NCBI RefSeq assembly: GCF_009834535.1
Contig: NC_045697.1
Span: 98,892,001 to 98,956,000, forward strand
Source of the DNA: Camelus ferus
Lineage: Eukaryota
Reading direction: 5' to 3'
DNA length: 64,000 nucleotides
The notes under the pieces are model-generated. The model was not told the DNA's origin, ran no database searches, and saw only the letters and a program-made list of their open reading frames with translations. Made by a program: the position numbers and the translations under genes. Below, in pieces: positions 39,840 to 53,013 of this stretch. How positions within the stretch are numbered: position 1 is the first letter of the stretch; each line of letters starts with the position of its first letter.

Positions 39840-40051
39840 CAAAGCACTATATGCTAGGCTTTGTTCTAAGTTCTACTTTCCTTTAACTTATTTAATCCTC
39901 ATAACAATTCCATGAGGTATATACTATTATTGTCAACATTTGACAAATGAGAAAACTGAAGCACAGAGATGTTAACTTACTTGCCTAATGTCCCACAACT
40001 AGCAAATGGCAAAACAGGGATTCACACCCTCAGTAGTCTCCAAAGTAAATA
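39840..40051 (-). mobile_element. MIR (split by the L1 that follows)
   Basis: atttaatcctcataacaa...aatgagaaaactgaagcacagaga...cttgcctaatgtcccaca; resumes atactgcctctc at about 41513. Confidence 0.85.
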
Positions 40052-41502
40052 TTCTTTTTTTTTTTTTTAATGAAGTATAATCAGTATACAATGTTGTGTC
40101 GATTTTGGTGTTCAGCATAATAGTTCAGTCATACATATACATACATTCATTTTCATATTCTTTTTCACTATCGGTTACTACAAGATATTGAATATAGTTC
40201 CCTGGGCTATACAGTATAAACCTGTTGTTTATCTATTTTACGTATAGTAGTTAGTATCTGCAAATCTCAAATTCCCAATTTATCCCTTCCTACTCCCTTC
40301 ACCCCCAGTAACTATATTTGTTTTCTATGTCTGTGAGTCTGTTTCTGTTTTGTAAGTAAGTTTTTGTCTTTTTTTTTAGATTCCACATATAAGTGATATC
40401 ATGGTATTTTTCTTTCTGTGTCTGGCTTACTTAACTTAGAATGACAATCTCCAAGTCCATCCATGTTGCTGCAAATGGCATTATTTTATTCTTTTTATGG
40501 CTAATTAGTATTCCATTGTATAAATATACCACAACTTCTTTATCCAGTCATCTGTTGATGGACATTTAGATTGTTTCCATGTCTTGGCTATTGTAAATAG
40601 TGCTGCTATGAACATTGGGGTGCATATATCTTTTTGAACTAAAGTTCCCTCTGGATATATGCCCAGGAGTGGGATTGCTGGATCATATGGTAAGTCTGTT
40701 TTTACTGTTTTGAGGAATCTCCATACTGTTCTCTATAATGGCTGCACCAAACTGCATTCCCACCAATAGTGTAGGAGGGTTCCCTTTTCTCCACACCCTC
40801 TCCAGCATTTATCATTTGTGGACTTTTTGAATGATGGCCATTCCTTCCGGTGTGAGGTGATACCTCATTGTAGTTTTGATTTGCATTTCTCTGATAATTA
40901 GTGCTATTGAACATTTTCTCATGTGCCTATTGGCCATTAGAATGTTTTCATTGGAGAATTGTTTGTTTAGGTCTTCTGCCCATTTTTGGATTGGGTTGTC
41001 TGTTTTTTGGTATTAAGCTGTATGAGCTGCTTATATATTTTGGAAATTAAGCCTTGTCAGTCTCATCTTTTGCAAATATTTTCTCCCATTCCTTAGGTTA
41101 TCATTTTGTTTTACTTATGGTTTCCTTTGCTGTGCAAAAGCTTAGTAAGTTTAATTAGGTCCCATTTGTTAATTTTTGCTTTTATTTCTATTGCCTGGGT
41201 AGACTGCCCTAGGAGAACATTACTAAGATTTATGTTAGAGAATGTTTTGCTTATGTTTTCTTCTAAGAGGTTTACAGTTTCTTGTCTTATGTTTAAGTCT
41301 TTAAGCCATTCTGAGTCTATTTTTGTGTAGGGTGTGAGGGAGTGTTCTAATTTCATTGATTTACATGCAGCTGTCCAGTTTTCCCAATGCTATTTGCTAA
41401 AGAGACTGTCTACTCCATTGAATGTTCTTGCCTCCTTTATCAAAGATTAATTAACCAAAAGTCTGTGGGTTTATTTCGGGGCTCTCTATTCTGTTCCACT
41501 GA
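40052..41502 (-). mobile_element. 5'-truncated young LINE-1 with poly(A) and 13-bp TSD
   Basis: Poly(T) at 40055-40068; ORF2 remnant MKLEHSLTPYTKI...KINKWDLIKL; tccaaagtaaata at 40039-40051 and 41503-41515. Confidence 0.95.
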
Positions 41503-41946
41503 TCCAAAGTAAATACTGCCTCTCATATATCATTTATAAATTCCTTTAATGCAGGTCTCTGAGGTAAACTCTCAGTTCTCATTTATCTTAAATGTTTCTT
41601 TTTAACCGTTGTTCTCAAACAACAGTTTTGGTAGGTACACAATTCTAGCTGACCATTATTTTCTGTCAGCACTTGATATTATTCCATTAACTTTTGGCTT
41701 CCATTAATAATGATGAGGAATCCATTGTTACCTTAGTTGCTATTCTTTTGCAAGTTATCTGACCTTTCTCTCTGGCTGCTTAAAAGATCTTTTCTTGTGA
41801 GTTCTTCAATTTCTTTACAATGTGTCATTATGCATTTCTTTTTATTTATCCTGCTTTGGTTATGCTGTGATTCTTAAATCTGTAGGTATGTGTTCTTCAT
41901 CATTTCCGCAAGAGTCATAGTAATATTTCTTTAAATATTGTATCTC

Positions 41947-42389
41947 ATTAGAACAGTGGTAACCAGTGGGAGGTAGAGGGCAGGGATTGACTGATGAGGG
42001 GCAAAAGGGAACTTTCTGGGGTGATGGGTATGTTCTATTTTTTGATAGGAGTCTGTGTTATACCTATATATGCACTTATAAAAACTCACTGGTGCATTTA
42101 AGAGTTATGCATTTTAGTGTATGTAAATTTTACCTAGGAGGAAAAAAAAAACTATAAAACATATTGAACATTAGTTAATGATATACTGAATTCTTCAGGG
42201 GTGAGGTCTGCAACTTACCCAAATGGATCAAAAAATTTATTCCTTTGATAGATGGATAGATGAATGGATAGATAAGGGATACAGCAAATGTAACAAAACG
42301 TTAACTCTGGAATTTAGGTGGTAGAGTGTTCATTCCACAAATCTTTCAACTTTTCTGTGTTTGAAAAGTTTTACAAAATGTTGGGGGAG
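41947..42389 (+). mobile_element. L1M 3' UTR fragment inserted in an older antisense L1
   Basis: gggaactttctggggtgatggg...gtatgtaaattttacct; decayed TSD aatattgtatctc / aatattgcctctc. Confidence 0.7.
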
Positions 42390-43299
42390 AATATTGCCTC
42401 TCCTTTATTCTTTCTATCCTTCTGAGATTACAGTTAGTTATACAATAGACTCCTTCATCCTAGCCTCCATCTCTTAATTATCTCTTTCATATTTTTAGTT
42501 CCTTGTCTCTCTATAGTATACTCCAGATAATTTCTTCAGATAAATCTTCTCATTTATTCTCTTTTCATTTGTGTCTAATTTTGAGTTTTATCATTCCAAC
42601 AATTGTTATTTTTCATGTCTAAGTCTCCCCTCTCCCACCTGCCTCCCAGTCGGCCTGTTCATTGGACCTTGCTCATTTTTGTGAATACATCCTTTGCTTT
42701 TTTAAACATTTGGAACAGATATTCTATACTCTATCAGTTCCACTATAATGGCCCTTGGAGTTATTTATCTATTGAATATTATTTCTGCAGATACTCACTC
42801 ATAGAAGTTTGGCTTCTTGGTGCTTATACTTCTTTGACTGTGAACTCACTGCTTTACCTTAACCTTGAGAGTCCTCCTGACCTAAATTGGGGATGTTTTC
42901 TTCCAGAGGTTTTGCTTCTGTTTCTGCTCATAGCCAAGGAGCAACATATACTTAAAATTAATTCAGCTCCCATAGAGTCTTGTTTCAATGAGGGAGTCCC
43001 ATGCATGGCTTTCCACTTGGCAGCGGGGCCAGGGCTGTGTATCAGGATTGCAGCTGCTACATACATATGTCCTCCTGTCTGCTTGGTGATCAATCTGGGC
43101 CAAAGGTTTGTGTAAAATATTTGATAATCTTTTTTTAATAAAGGAAGTATCTTACTCCAATTTACCAAAGATTTTTTTAATTAAAATGATGTTAAATTTT
43201 ATATCAACTGCCTTTTCAGCATCTGTAAAGATCAAGACATAAAATTTTTCTCCTTTAAGTGATTTACTAAGAATTGTTTTTCTCTCCTAGATTCATTAC

Positions 43300-44035
43300 C
43301 TGCTGTAAATCTGGAACTAGGCTCTTTAAATTTTTTCCTTTGCCAGCTGGCACAATGTTAAGCTATGTCAGTAGAGAGAGCTGGAAAGAATTTTCCTTCC
43401 TAGTTCTTTCTTGCTTTCTTGGGTGGCACTTGTAACACACATAGCTTCCCTAGCACCTCCCCACGCCCCCTCCACCTGCTTTCTGCAGTGCCTACAGCTT
43501 TTCCTTTGCCTAGGTCCTGCAGTATAGGCGGCTTCCTAATGCCTGGCTCCTACACTGGAAGTGGCTTTCTCAGCAGTGAGCTCCTACAGTATGGGCAGCT
43601 TCCCCAGATCCACCTTCAGACTATTTTGGTGCAGAGTGGCTCCCACAAGACACCTACTCAGGAACAGCTTTCTCTAGAGGGTGGATTTTCAGAAAATTCC
43701 AGAAGGTGGATTTCCAGCATGCTTCACCAGCACAGAATCAAAGCAGATTCTCTGCCAGTCAATAAGCCATGGCCTTGCCCTTCATAACAAGTTCTAGATC
43801 TCAGCCTGGAGCTGGAAGCAGGGCAAGGAACATGTTGCGGGATCTATCTCAGCTCTAGGGGTAGTAATTGCTTCTTGTATCTAGTATTCCTGTAATACTT
43901 AGAGTTCTCTTTACTCTCTACTAGGGTAATTCCTTTTTACCCCAATCCTATCATAGTTAATAATTCTTTATATTAAACTTTGCATGGTCAAATTACTATG
44001 TGGTTTCTATTTCCCAGTTGAACCTTAACTGATAC
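43300..44035 (+). mobile_element. ERVL-type LTR remnant
   Basis: cctttgccagctggcacaatgttaagct... ends attaaac...gaaccttaactgatac; start approximate. Confidence 0.55.
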
Positions 44036-46254
44036 TTTCAGTCATTTCTAAATTTATTGAGAATTTTTAAAAGATCTCCCAGTTTATGGTCTATCTTGGT
44101 GAATGTTCCATATTCATTTTGAAATAAATGTGTACTTTTCCATTGTTTGATGTAGTGTTCTGTAAGTATCAATTAGGTCAAGCTAATATTGTTCAAGTTC
44201 TCTATATCAACACTGATTTTTAAGATCTACTTATCTATCAAATACTGAGAGGGGAATGTTGAAATCTCAACTGTAACTTTAGGTTTGTCTATTTCTCTCT
44301 TCTGTTTTGTCAGTTTTTAATTCATGGAATTTGAAGCTTTGTTACTACATCTTCTTGATGAATTCACTCTTTTCTATTATTATGAAACATCCCTCCTTAT
44401 CTCTTGTCTTGAAGATAGGCCAAATTCTTTTTCCTAAAATCTTTGTCTGACACTAACACAGGTATTCCAGCTTTACTCTATTTGCACATCATTTTACTTT
44501 GAACTTATCTGTGTCTTTATGTTGATGATGCTTTTTGTAAATAGTACATAACTGAGCCTTGCTTTCTCATTTAGAGGGGTATCTTTTTAATTCCAGTGTT
44601 TAGACCACTTACAATTGATTTAATTATTGATATGGTTGATATTTGTTGAATCTACATTTTTATTTTTCCTCTTTTCTTGACTTCTTTTTGACTGATTTTT
44701 AGTATATTCCATTTTAATTCCTCTATTGGCTGCCTTAGCTATGCTGCTTTATTATTTTTGTTGTTGTTCTAAGTTTTACAATAGGCATCTTTAGCTTATC
44801 ACAGTTTACTTTTATATATCATACTATAACACATATCATGGAATATACACTTTATCACTTATTAGCTGAGTGAACTTCAGAAAGACATGTAACCTCTATG
44901 ATCCTCATGTTCCTTATAGATAAAAGAGAGAATATTACTTGCTTCATAGGTATGTTGTGAAGATTAAATGAGTTAGTTTTTATAAAACACAGTAGTGTCT
45001 GACATGTTAAATACTGCATAAGTGTTAGGAAATTATTTTTATTCACTCTGTATTGGTTAGTATTAAAACATCAATCTGTGTTTTTTTTTCCTACATACTA
45101 CTTTAGCCGAATCCTTATGTTTCAATTTTATTGTCCCCATTATCATTAATTTCTAAATAGTTTGTAAATCTGCAGTTGTGGCTTTTGTCCTTGAACCAGT
45201 TACTTAAGAGTTTTCCTTTTGGCTTCCAAGTAAAGTAGATGGATTTCCTTTTATCCTTTTATTTAAAAAAAGAAGAAAAAAATGCTTATGTTTTTATTGT
45301 TCTAGTATCAGAGTATAACTTAAAATTGAGATTTTTCTGTGTAGTTATTTAAAAAATAAATTTTTATAAATGTGGACATTAAAAAAGTACCTTCTCTATC
45401 TGCAAGTTAGAACATTTAATACTTAAATTTCATAGTTATTTAGATCCTCTTCAAAATCATTGTCTATAGTTTGCCTTTGATGTGTCAAACACTGGAAATG
45501 CTATAAAATCAAACATTCTAAAGGGAAGGGAGAAAGAGAATGAGATAAAGAAAACAACAGAGGCCACCATGACTACACTTTGCACATATATCAAATATCT
45601 GTAAGTGTTGCTTATTCATAATTTGAGTTTATTACCTAGATGAATGCCACTACCACAGGCACTCATCTTTAACTTACTGTCCACTACAAGAAGGCCTTCC
45701 ATCCTAGCTCCCAGTGTGCCTTCATACTTTAACACATCTAGAATTTTTGAAGTCTAGGCCCAAACACCTCTAGGGAAAAAATCTGACATTCTGTTTTATC
45801 CTATGTTATTCATTAATGGTTCCGTGCTAACTTGGTTTGGTGGCTAGATTATAAATTCCTCACGGACAAAAATCATATTTTATCTTATCCCCTGCCCCAA
45901 CCACTAGCACAGTGCTATATATAGAATACACAGTTAAACATAAATCCTCAATGAACGTACTTATGAAGATATGACTTGAAGAATTCTGAAACTCAGTAAA
46001 CTTACCTATAAAATGTTGATGTTAATTTACTGTTTAGGTACTAAAATTAAAGTTTTTGTTATTTACAATGTACTATCCATCATATGATATTTGGGGTAGT
46101 ATTAAACAGTGATATGGTAATCTGGTGGAGGCCAACAAGACCAACGTTATACTTCTCTGGGGAACTGGAGTTCTGTCTTTTAGGGAGTGGTGATTCCTGC
46201 TATCAAATGGGATGGACAGGAAACTAGAGTTGTGAGAAGAGCCCTTATACAGGC

Positions 46255-46840
46255 CAGTGGTTCTCAATGAGAGGGGGAGGGGACATAATTTTAACATCCA
46301 GGGGCATTTGGTAAAGTCTAGAGATGGTTCGGGCTGTTACAACTAGTATATTACTATCTGCCACTGGCAGATAATGGGCAGAAGCCAAGTATGCTACTAA
46401 ACATCTTACAATGTACAGGACAGCTGTCCACAACAAAGTATTATCTGGCTCACAGCGAAAGACAAATGCTTTATGATACCACTTATATCTGGAATCTTAA
46501 AAATATAAATGAATGTATATCCAAAACAGAAATAGACTCACAGATATAGAAAACAAACTTGTTACCAACAGGGAGAGGGGAAGGGGGAGGGACAAATTAG
46601 AGGTATGGGATTAACAGATACAAATTACTATGTATAAAATAAAACAGCAAGGATATACTGTATAGCACAGGGAATTATAGCCACTATCTTATAATAACCT
46701 ATAATGGAGTATAAGCTGCAAAAATACTGAATCACTATGTTAGACATGTGAAACTAACACAATATTGTAAATCAACTATACTTACAAAAAAAAAAAAAAA
46801 AGAATTATATGGCTCAAAATATGCCAAGGTTGATAAGCTC
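46255..46840. mobile_element. MER20-like hAT element containing an L1 3' end (46453-46800, +)
   Basis: cagtggttctcaa start, ctaaacatcttacaatgtacaggacag; L1 3' UTR with poly(A); TSD agtattatctggctca / agaattatatggctca. Confidence 0.85.
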
Positions 46841-48649
46841 TTAAGTAGGCAAGCAAGCGAACTCTCTTTTGTCCTCCATCCTCAGGTCTGAATTTAAAGA
46901 GTGAAGTGTAGGATCTTTTCCTTGGTAATACCAGTTAAAAAATGGCTCTGCCACAGGGAGGTGGCATCTCTTCAGTAAACAAAAGTGGAAAATGAGTAGT
47001 TACATCTTGTACATAAGGTTACCCTTATTTTATGTTTTTAATATCCATTCAGTTTTTTTTTTCCTACTAGAAAAATACTTTCAAATACCCATCTTACCCT
47101 GAACCATGTATACTGTTCCAGTTGTACTGCTAAAGGATCTGAATTCAGTCTCTCCTCAGCTCTGTGGTAAATTATTAAGCAAAGGAAGGGTTCATGTTTA
47201 TATTTGAGGCCAAGTGGCTTATGCTTTGGCAGCAAGTAGTGAAAAACTCCAAGGACAAAATGAATTCTCAGGAAATAGGGCTGCATAATCCATCACTTTT
47301 CCTGACAGTAGAATCTCCTTCAGGCATCAAACCTGGAGGTTCTGGGGTTATTCAATTAAGAAGAGTGACATACACTTTAGTCACATAAGGAATCTCTCAA
47401 ACTGCAAATTGAAAATATCAAACTCCAGATAACAATGGCAAGTGTCTACAATGATTTTTCCATCTGAGTGGTGCTGAGCTGTGTATAACTGTAAAGGGTT
47501 CAAATTAATAATCCTTCACAAGAAATTTCTCACCTCACTCACTATTCATCGTTTGCTGAATAACAATGAGCTGAAAGTCAGTAGTCAAGAGTTGACAATC
47601 TAGTTGAAAGGCACAGCATATAACCATGAAACTTAAACAGCAAAGACAGTATAAGCCCAATGAGCAATACCCAAAAAGCATATTAGATTTAGAATAAATC
47701 AAGAACATTCTGAACTGAAGTAATCAGGAAAAGCTTCAGAGATGAGACTTTTGAGCTAGAAATGGAATATAAATAGGATAAACAGGTAAGAAAAAGAATT
47801 TCTGGTGCAGGCTAAACCAAAACAGCCAGAATACAAAAAAGAAAGAGCAAGGGTCTTGAGATGCAGAGTCATGATGCTTTTTTCACCACCTTTTGAAATT
47901 ACCCGATTATCCTCAGCTTTGAATTCTTCAACTGCTTTTTATCATTAAATCTTCAGATTCTATCCTTTAAATGGGATAAGTAGAGTAGATTAGAGGAATA
48001 TATTTCAAGGCCCTCTGATAGTTTCTGGGATGATTAATGTTCACGGAAATAACCTCACAGATGAACATTTAGGCTTTTCCAGGCCATGGTCTGGTTTCTG
48101 TCACAGGAAACTTAATAAATGTAATTGGCATACACAGTCAACAAGGTGAGTAAACTCTCCTCCTGGCTAACAGAACTTGGTATATCAATAACTGCATAAA
48201 GTTTTTCTTTTACCACAACAGAAACTATTGTATAATAAGGCTTTTGCAAATTCCTGGCAACTCAGCATGCTCAGGTTCTACCACTAATTTGCTCTGACCA
48301 CATTTTCATTTTATCTATTGAAATAAGCAGTTTATCTCCTTTCCTAGGACTTCTAGTGCTCTATTGTTCCCCTCATTCTATTTAAGGGACGCCATGTCCT
48401 CTCTGTAGTCCTTATATTTGCAAACGGCATAACCATACGCTCAAACAGAAAAAAACCAAACCAAACCAAAAACCCACTCTTGTTATTACAAGACAAAACA
48501 AAGCTTTCCACAAAAAGCAGTATGTTTGCATATTTTGGACTTTTTCTATGACTCAATGAATGGTAGGTTCCCTCGTAAGAATTCATGGTAATCCAGGGAT
48601 TCTTTAAGGTTGAGTGGTCTCGTCTAATAATACTGTCCTCAGATATATG

Positions 48650-50070
48650 GACAAAGACAACTTCCGCGTGCGCTCTGTAACATTTAATGGCTACATCACC
48701 GTCACCCAAGCACGAGGGAACAATGAGTTTTATTCTCACCAGAGACGCCGTCTAGTAACAGCTCTTGGGTTCAATGCCCTGAGGTGGTCCACCTGTGACC
48801 TGCTCAACTTCTTGGGCCCCGAACCCTGGGCACCTGGGTCCCGCGGATATCGAAATATTGCTAGGGCGACTAATAAAATTCTCTGTGCAGAGGCGGCGGG
48901 CGGCCTCGAACTCACACCTGCTCCCGGACACCCCATGCTCCTGCCAAGGCTCAAGCTCCGCGCGGCCCGAAGGTCGCTTTTAAGTGTCTCCCGCGCCCCA
49001 GGGGCTTCCAGCAGCTCCTCGGGCCCCACCTCTCCCAGCCGTTGTCGCTGTCCCAACTCCGATCCAGAGAACCTGGAGGAGACAGGGAGCACAGCCGACA
49101 CCGCAGGCCCAGGCAGCAAGGTAAGGGAACCCGCCTCCACCTCCAAGTCCAGGGAAGCCCCAACGGTACGTCGATGATAGCACCGAACCCGACGCCCGAG
49201 CCTTCCGAAGACTACGTAGCCTCACCAGGTACACGCCCCCGTTGAAACGGCTCTTCGGCCCTCTCGCGAGAGAGTGCCTGGTGGTGCCTCCTTCCTTTCA
49301 GCTGTCTTTCTCTCCCCGCCCCCAGAGTGCTCGCACGGCTTCCTCCGGTGGGCGGTAGCCTTGGACGTGGCGGGGCCGGGCCAGCCTGGGCGCCGGGCCT
49401 CGGGTGCTCTGCTTAGCTGCTCGGCAGCTGGCCTTCCGCGCCCCCGTCAAGCCCCCGACAGGCCCGGTGCCTTCCCAGGTAGACGGGCGCCTGGCCGACT
49501 GACGCTGGGGTGGGGCCGTGGGCCGGGCGGGAGGGTCAGCGAGGCTGGGCTGGTGGGCGCCACACCTGCGGGGGCGGGCGTGGGAGGGTGCGCACGCGCG
49601 CTCTGGGTCTGGAGGGAGGTGGCTCCTGGGACGTTGCGCAGCGGAGCCGGCGAGCTAGGCGCGCTCGCTCACAGTGGCGTAACCTCTCTGCCTCTCTGCG
49701 TCTCCTTCCCTCAGTTTGAGGCGGGTCAGGAGAATGGCTTCAGAGATTGAGTCGTCGCTCGAGGAGAGCTTCTCGTCCAGCGGTGCTATGTCAGGCGCCT
49801 CAGCGTTTCTGCCTCCGGCTCGCTCCCGCATCTTCAAAATAATCGTGATTGGCGACTCCAATGTGGGCAAAACGTGCCTGACCTACCGTTTCTGCGCCGG
49901 CCGCTTCCCTGACCGTACCGAGGCTACTATCGGGGTGGACTTCCGAGAACGAGCGGTGGAGATTGATGGGGAGCGTATCAAGGTGAGCGGATGGGAGACT
50001 GCCAGGTAGCCCCGGCATGACAAGTGTCCCAACTCCTCCGTGGGTTAACTGCTGGCCCTGCGCTCCGTCT
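48650..50070. promoter_or_regulatory. RAB33B: CpG island / RAB33B promoter
   Basis: Dense CpG against a CpG-depleted background; TCTCGCGAGA 49262-49271, GC boxes 49314 and 49571, NRF1-like TGCGCACGCGC 49589-49599. Confidence 0.9.
49734..49982 (+). CDS. RAB33B: RAB33B coding exon 1
   Basis: ATG 49734 (agaATGG); [10 protein letters not shown]...[54 protein letters not shown]|gtgagc; 83 codons. Confidence 0.97.
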
Positions 50071-50137
50071 TTTCTCACACTGATGAGGATGTTGGAGTCG
50101 GGGATTGGAAGGCTGTGTATGTAGCAAACTTATAAGG

Positions 50138-50270
50138 CAGTGCTTCTCAAACTTCAATATGCATACGATTTACCTGGGGATTTTTTTTTTAAAGTATAGA
50201 TTCTGATTTGGTAAGGTCCCAGGTGATGCAGATGCAGCTTGTCTGTGGACCACATAATTGAGTAGCCAGG
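50138..50270. mobile_element. MER5A-like hAT element
   Basis: cagtgcttctcaaactt...cccaggtgatg...ggaccaca. Confidence 0.7.
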
Positions 50271-51309
50271 GTGCAGAGGGTATCCACTGACTCATCTGCT
50301 GTGTCTCACGTGCTGGGAGTTAGTGAAGTAAGATCGAAGAAAAAAACAGTGAAATTTCTCAAGTACAGGAATTTCATGGAATAAGTATTATTTATTAAAC
50401 ATTCATTTGAGCACTGCCTTGGGTATTGTGGAAGTAAAGCCCTGTTGCCTTTGAGGAAGTACTTAGGTGTCCTCGTGCATACAGTTTTGCTACAGTAGTT
50501 TAGGTATGACATTGAGTTGTTTAGAAAAATTTATTTTCCTGCGGAAACATTCTGTAGTTCCTACTTGGTTCTTACTTGGATTGCCAGAAGCACATTCTCA
50601 GTGCCACCCTCTCAGTTTTTTAAGCCCCATTGGTGGCTCCTGAGACTGGAGACACAGTAGCAGTGGAGCACGTAGTAAGCCCAAGGCCAAGCCTGGGGTT
50701 CTGAGGGGTTGGAATAGGGATTTGGAGAATAAGGATCAGTAACAGGGCTGAGGCTTCCTGATGATGTAAATTTTAGACACACTTCCTCACTCTGAGCCAC
50801 TACTAACCTTTCAACCACCTGCTAATATTATCGCTTAAAAGATGTGGACGCGAAAACTGCTCTGCTTTCCTTATACTACATTTATTTTTTCACTTTAAAT
50901 TAGGATGCTCTTTACCTCAGTCCCCCGTGGGGGAAAAAAAAAGCTAACTTCTTTCTCACCCTCACGTCCTTGAGGCAGGAACAATTTATTTTTAGTTCCC
51001 TAACCACTACCCCACCTCCTCACACACAAAGGGATTTTACTGCTAATCACAGTAAAGGAGAAAAAAGATTGAAAAGAAATCAGTATTCTGTAGGCCCTTT
51101 TGCCTTTTAATTTTCACATTAATTTTTAATTGTCCCATTCAAGCTGCCAGTGGTGGTCCTTTGGATGCACTGTATTAGGGAGTTAAGAAAGATTTGTATA
51201 CATTGCAAAGGAAAAGGTAGAATAAGAGGCTGAATATTTTTCAACAGAATTAAGTTAGGCCCAGGAACTTGTGTAAGAGGAAAATAACGGGGCTTCTGAG
51301 GTTGAGAGG

Positions 51310-51745
51310 GAGTGTAGTTTGGGAGAAGGAGTTCTGAGAGAAAGTGTTTGGGCTTTGGAGCCCAACTGGCCTAGCTCAGATCTGAACCTGTGAAAGGGCT
51401 GTCTGTCCTTGATAGGGTGATGAACTTTGCCTGAGACTGTCCCAGTTTTAAAACTGAAATCCCACATCCCAGGAACCCCCTCCATCTTAGGCGAACTGGG
51501 GTAGTTGGTTACTCTACTCCTTAGGCAGTTTCCTTCATCTTTCCAAGTCTATTTTCTCATCTGAAAAATTGGGGTAGTAATAATGTATCGGAACTGAATC
51601 ACTATGCTGCACACCAGAAATTAACACAACATTGTAAACCGACTATAATTCAGTCAAAGATAATAATAATAATACCGAATCAGGCTAATGTGAGGATTAG
51701 ATGAGAACATATATGAGGCACCTGGTTCATAGTTGGTAATCTGAA
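51310..51745 (+). mobile_element. MIR with a nested MER81-like element (about 51413-51516) and an L1 3' stub (about 51592-51673)
   Basis: MIR pieces flank tagggtga...ttggttactcta inverted ends and actgaatcactatgctgcacaccagaaattaacac with a (TAA)n tail. Confidence 0.65.
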
Positions 51746-52872
51746 GAAGATTCTTCCTTGGTGGCTTAACATCATTGTTTCTCTTTGGCACCATCAGTTC
51801 TGTGGCTGCACAACCAGAGAGTGAAACACAGATAGAGCAGACAGCTGAAGGGAAGAGAAATTGCCCCATATGGGATCAGGGTAACACAGGGAATGGAGGC
51901 TGGGAGGAGCTGGGGTTGAGTGGCCCTTTACCTGCGTCTGAGTTGCCATTTATACTTAAAGGTGAATCAGGTGCAAATTTAAGAAATACTTACAGCATAT
52001 TAAAAATATATATATAAAATATGTCCAGTGCAGATCATTGAATGATTAACTAGTGGGATTAGTGCTGGCATTGATAAATAAACCAGAACCACAGATGTGA
52101 TGAATCTGGGAGCACAGAATTGATCCTTCTGGTTGAGAGAGGCAAGGAGAAAACCTTTTTCTCTGGGTTGATTCTTCCTGAGCTTTATCTTAACCTGATA
52201 GGTTGATAGGGACACTGAGTTGATATCCTAGTTGACAGGGACACTGAGTTTCTTTTTCTCCTTACTAAGGCCTTAACTATTGACTTCTACCCCCAACTGT
52301 AAGACTTGAGAGAGATTTTTATTGTGATTGAAAAGACTGAAGAAATGTTCAGAGATTTCTGTAGTAGAAAAAGAGGGCTATTTTGGAAATTTTTTTTTTG
52401 GTGTCTAAAAAAAAAAGTGATATAGAAGAGCTTTATTCCATGTGTTGCTGCTGCTTCTTTTTTGTTAACCTATAATATATCTTAAGTACTGCTGAAATGT
52501 TCATATTATTGCTTTGGAAAATTATAAGCCTAATCTGAACTGTCATTTCTTCTAATTTTTCATCTTAAAGTGGAAACTGGAAAGCTCTATGTTACTTTGC
52601 TAATAAAATTACCTTCTAGACATTATATTTATTTGATAAAAATGAGATACTGTGTTAAATGTTTTGTGGACTAGAAATTTTTCAGAGCATGTCTTATTAA
52701 AATAGCAGTGCTATTTTTGAATCACCTGAAATGCTTTATTAAATGCAGTAAAGTCTATATTTGCTAATCTGTTCCTAAGTACTATATATATAAAATTGGA
52801 AGAGTAAAATCTTGTTTGTAGAATTTTGGAAGTCAAAATTATAAAGTGAACTCCTTAAATAGAAATACATTT

Positions 52873-53013
52873 TATTTTATTTTATTTTTTTGAGGGGGGG
52901 AAGTAGTTAGGTTTATTTATTTATTTATTTTTGGAGGAGGTACTGGGGATTGAACCGAGGACCTTGTGTGTGCTAAGCATGCACTCTACCATTTGAGCTA
53001 TATCCTCCCCTCC
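52873..53013 (-). mobile_element. tRNA-derived SINE, camelid vic-1-like
   Basis: Reverse complement ggggaggatatagctcaaatggtagagtgcatgcttagc...ggttcaatccccagtacctcc; TSD atacattt at 52865 and 53014. Confidence 0.9.

Noticed and set aside
42603..43787. 170-aa and 122-aa ORFs
   Set aside because: Lie in decayed antisense L1 and LTR sequence; non-ATG starts; no protein resemblance
49716..49733. ORF-track start MRRVRR for RAB33B
   Set aside because: The codon at 49716 is TTG; the ATG at 49734 has good context and gives the expected 229 aa
48353..49750. Cluster of 128-187 aa ORFs on both strands upstream of RAB33B
   Set aside because: Expected from stop-codon scarcity in a GC-rich CpG island; low-complexity A/G/P/R composition, mostly non-ATG starts, no recognisable domain
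52942..53010. tRNA-like sequences (also near 20130 and 53555)
   Set aside because: A/B boxes belong to SINE heads with A-rich tails, not tRNA genes
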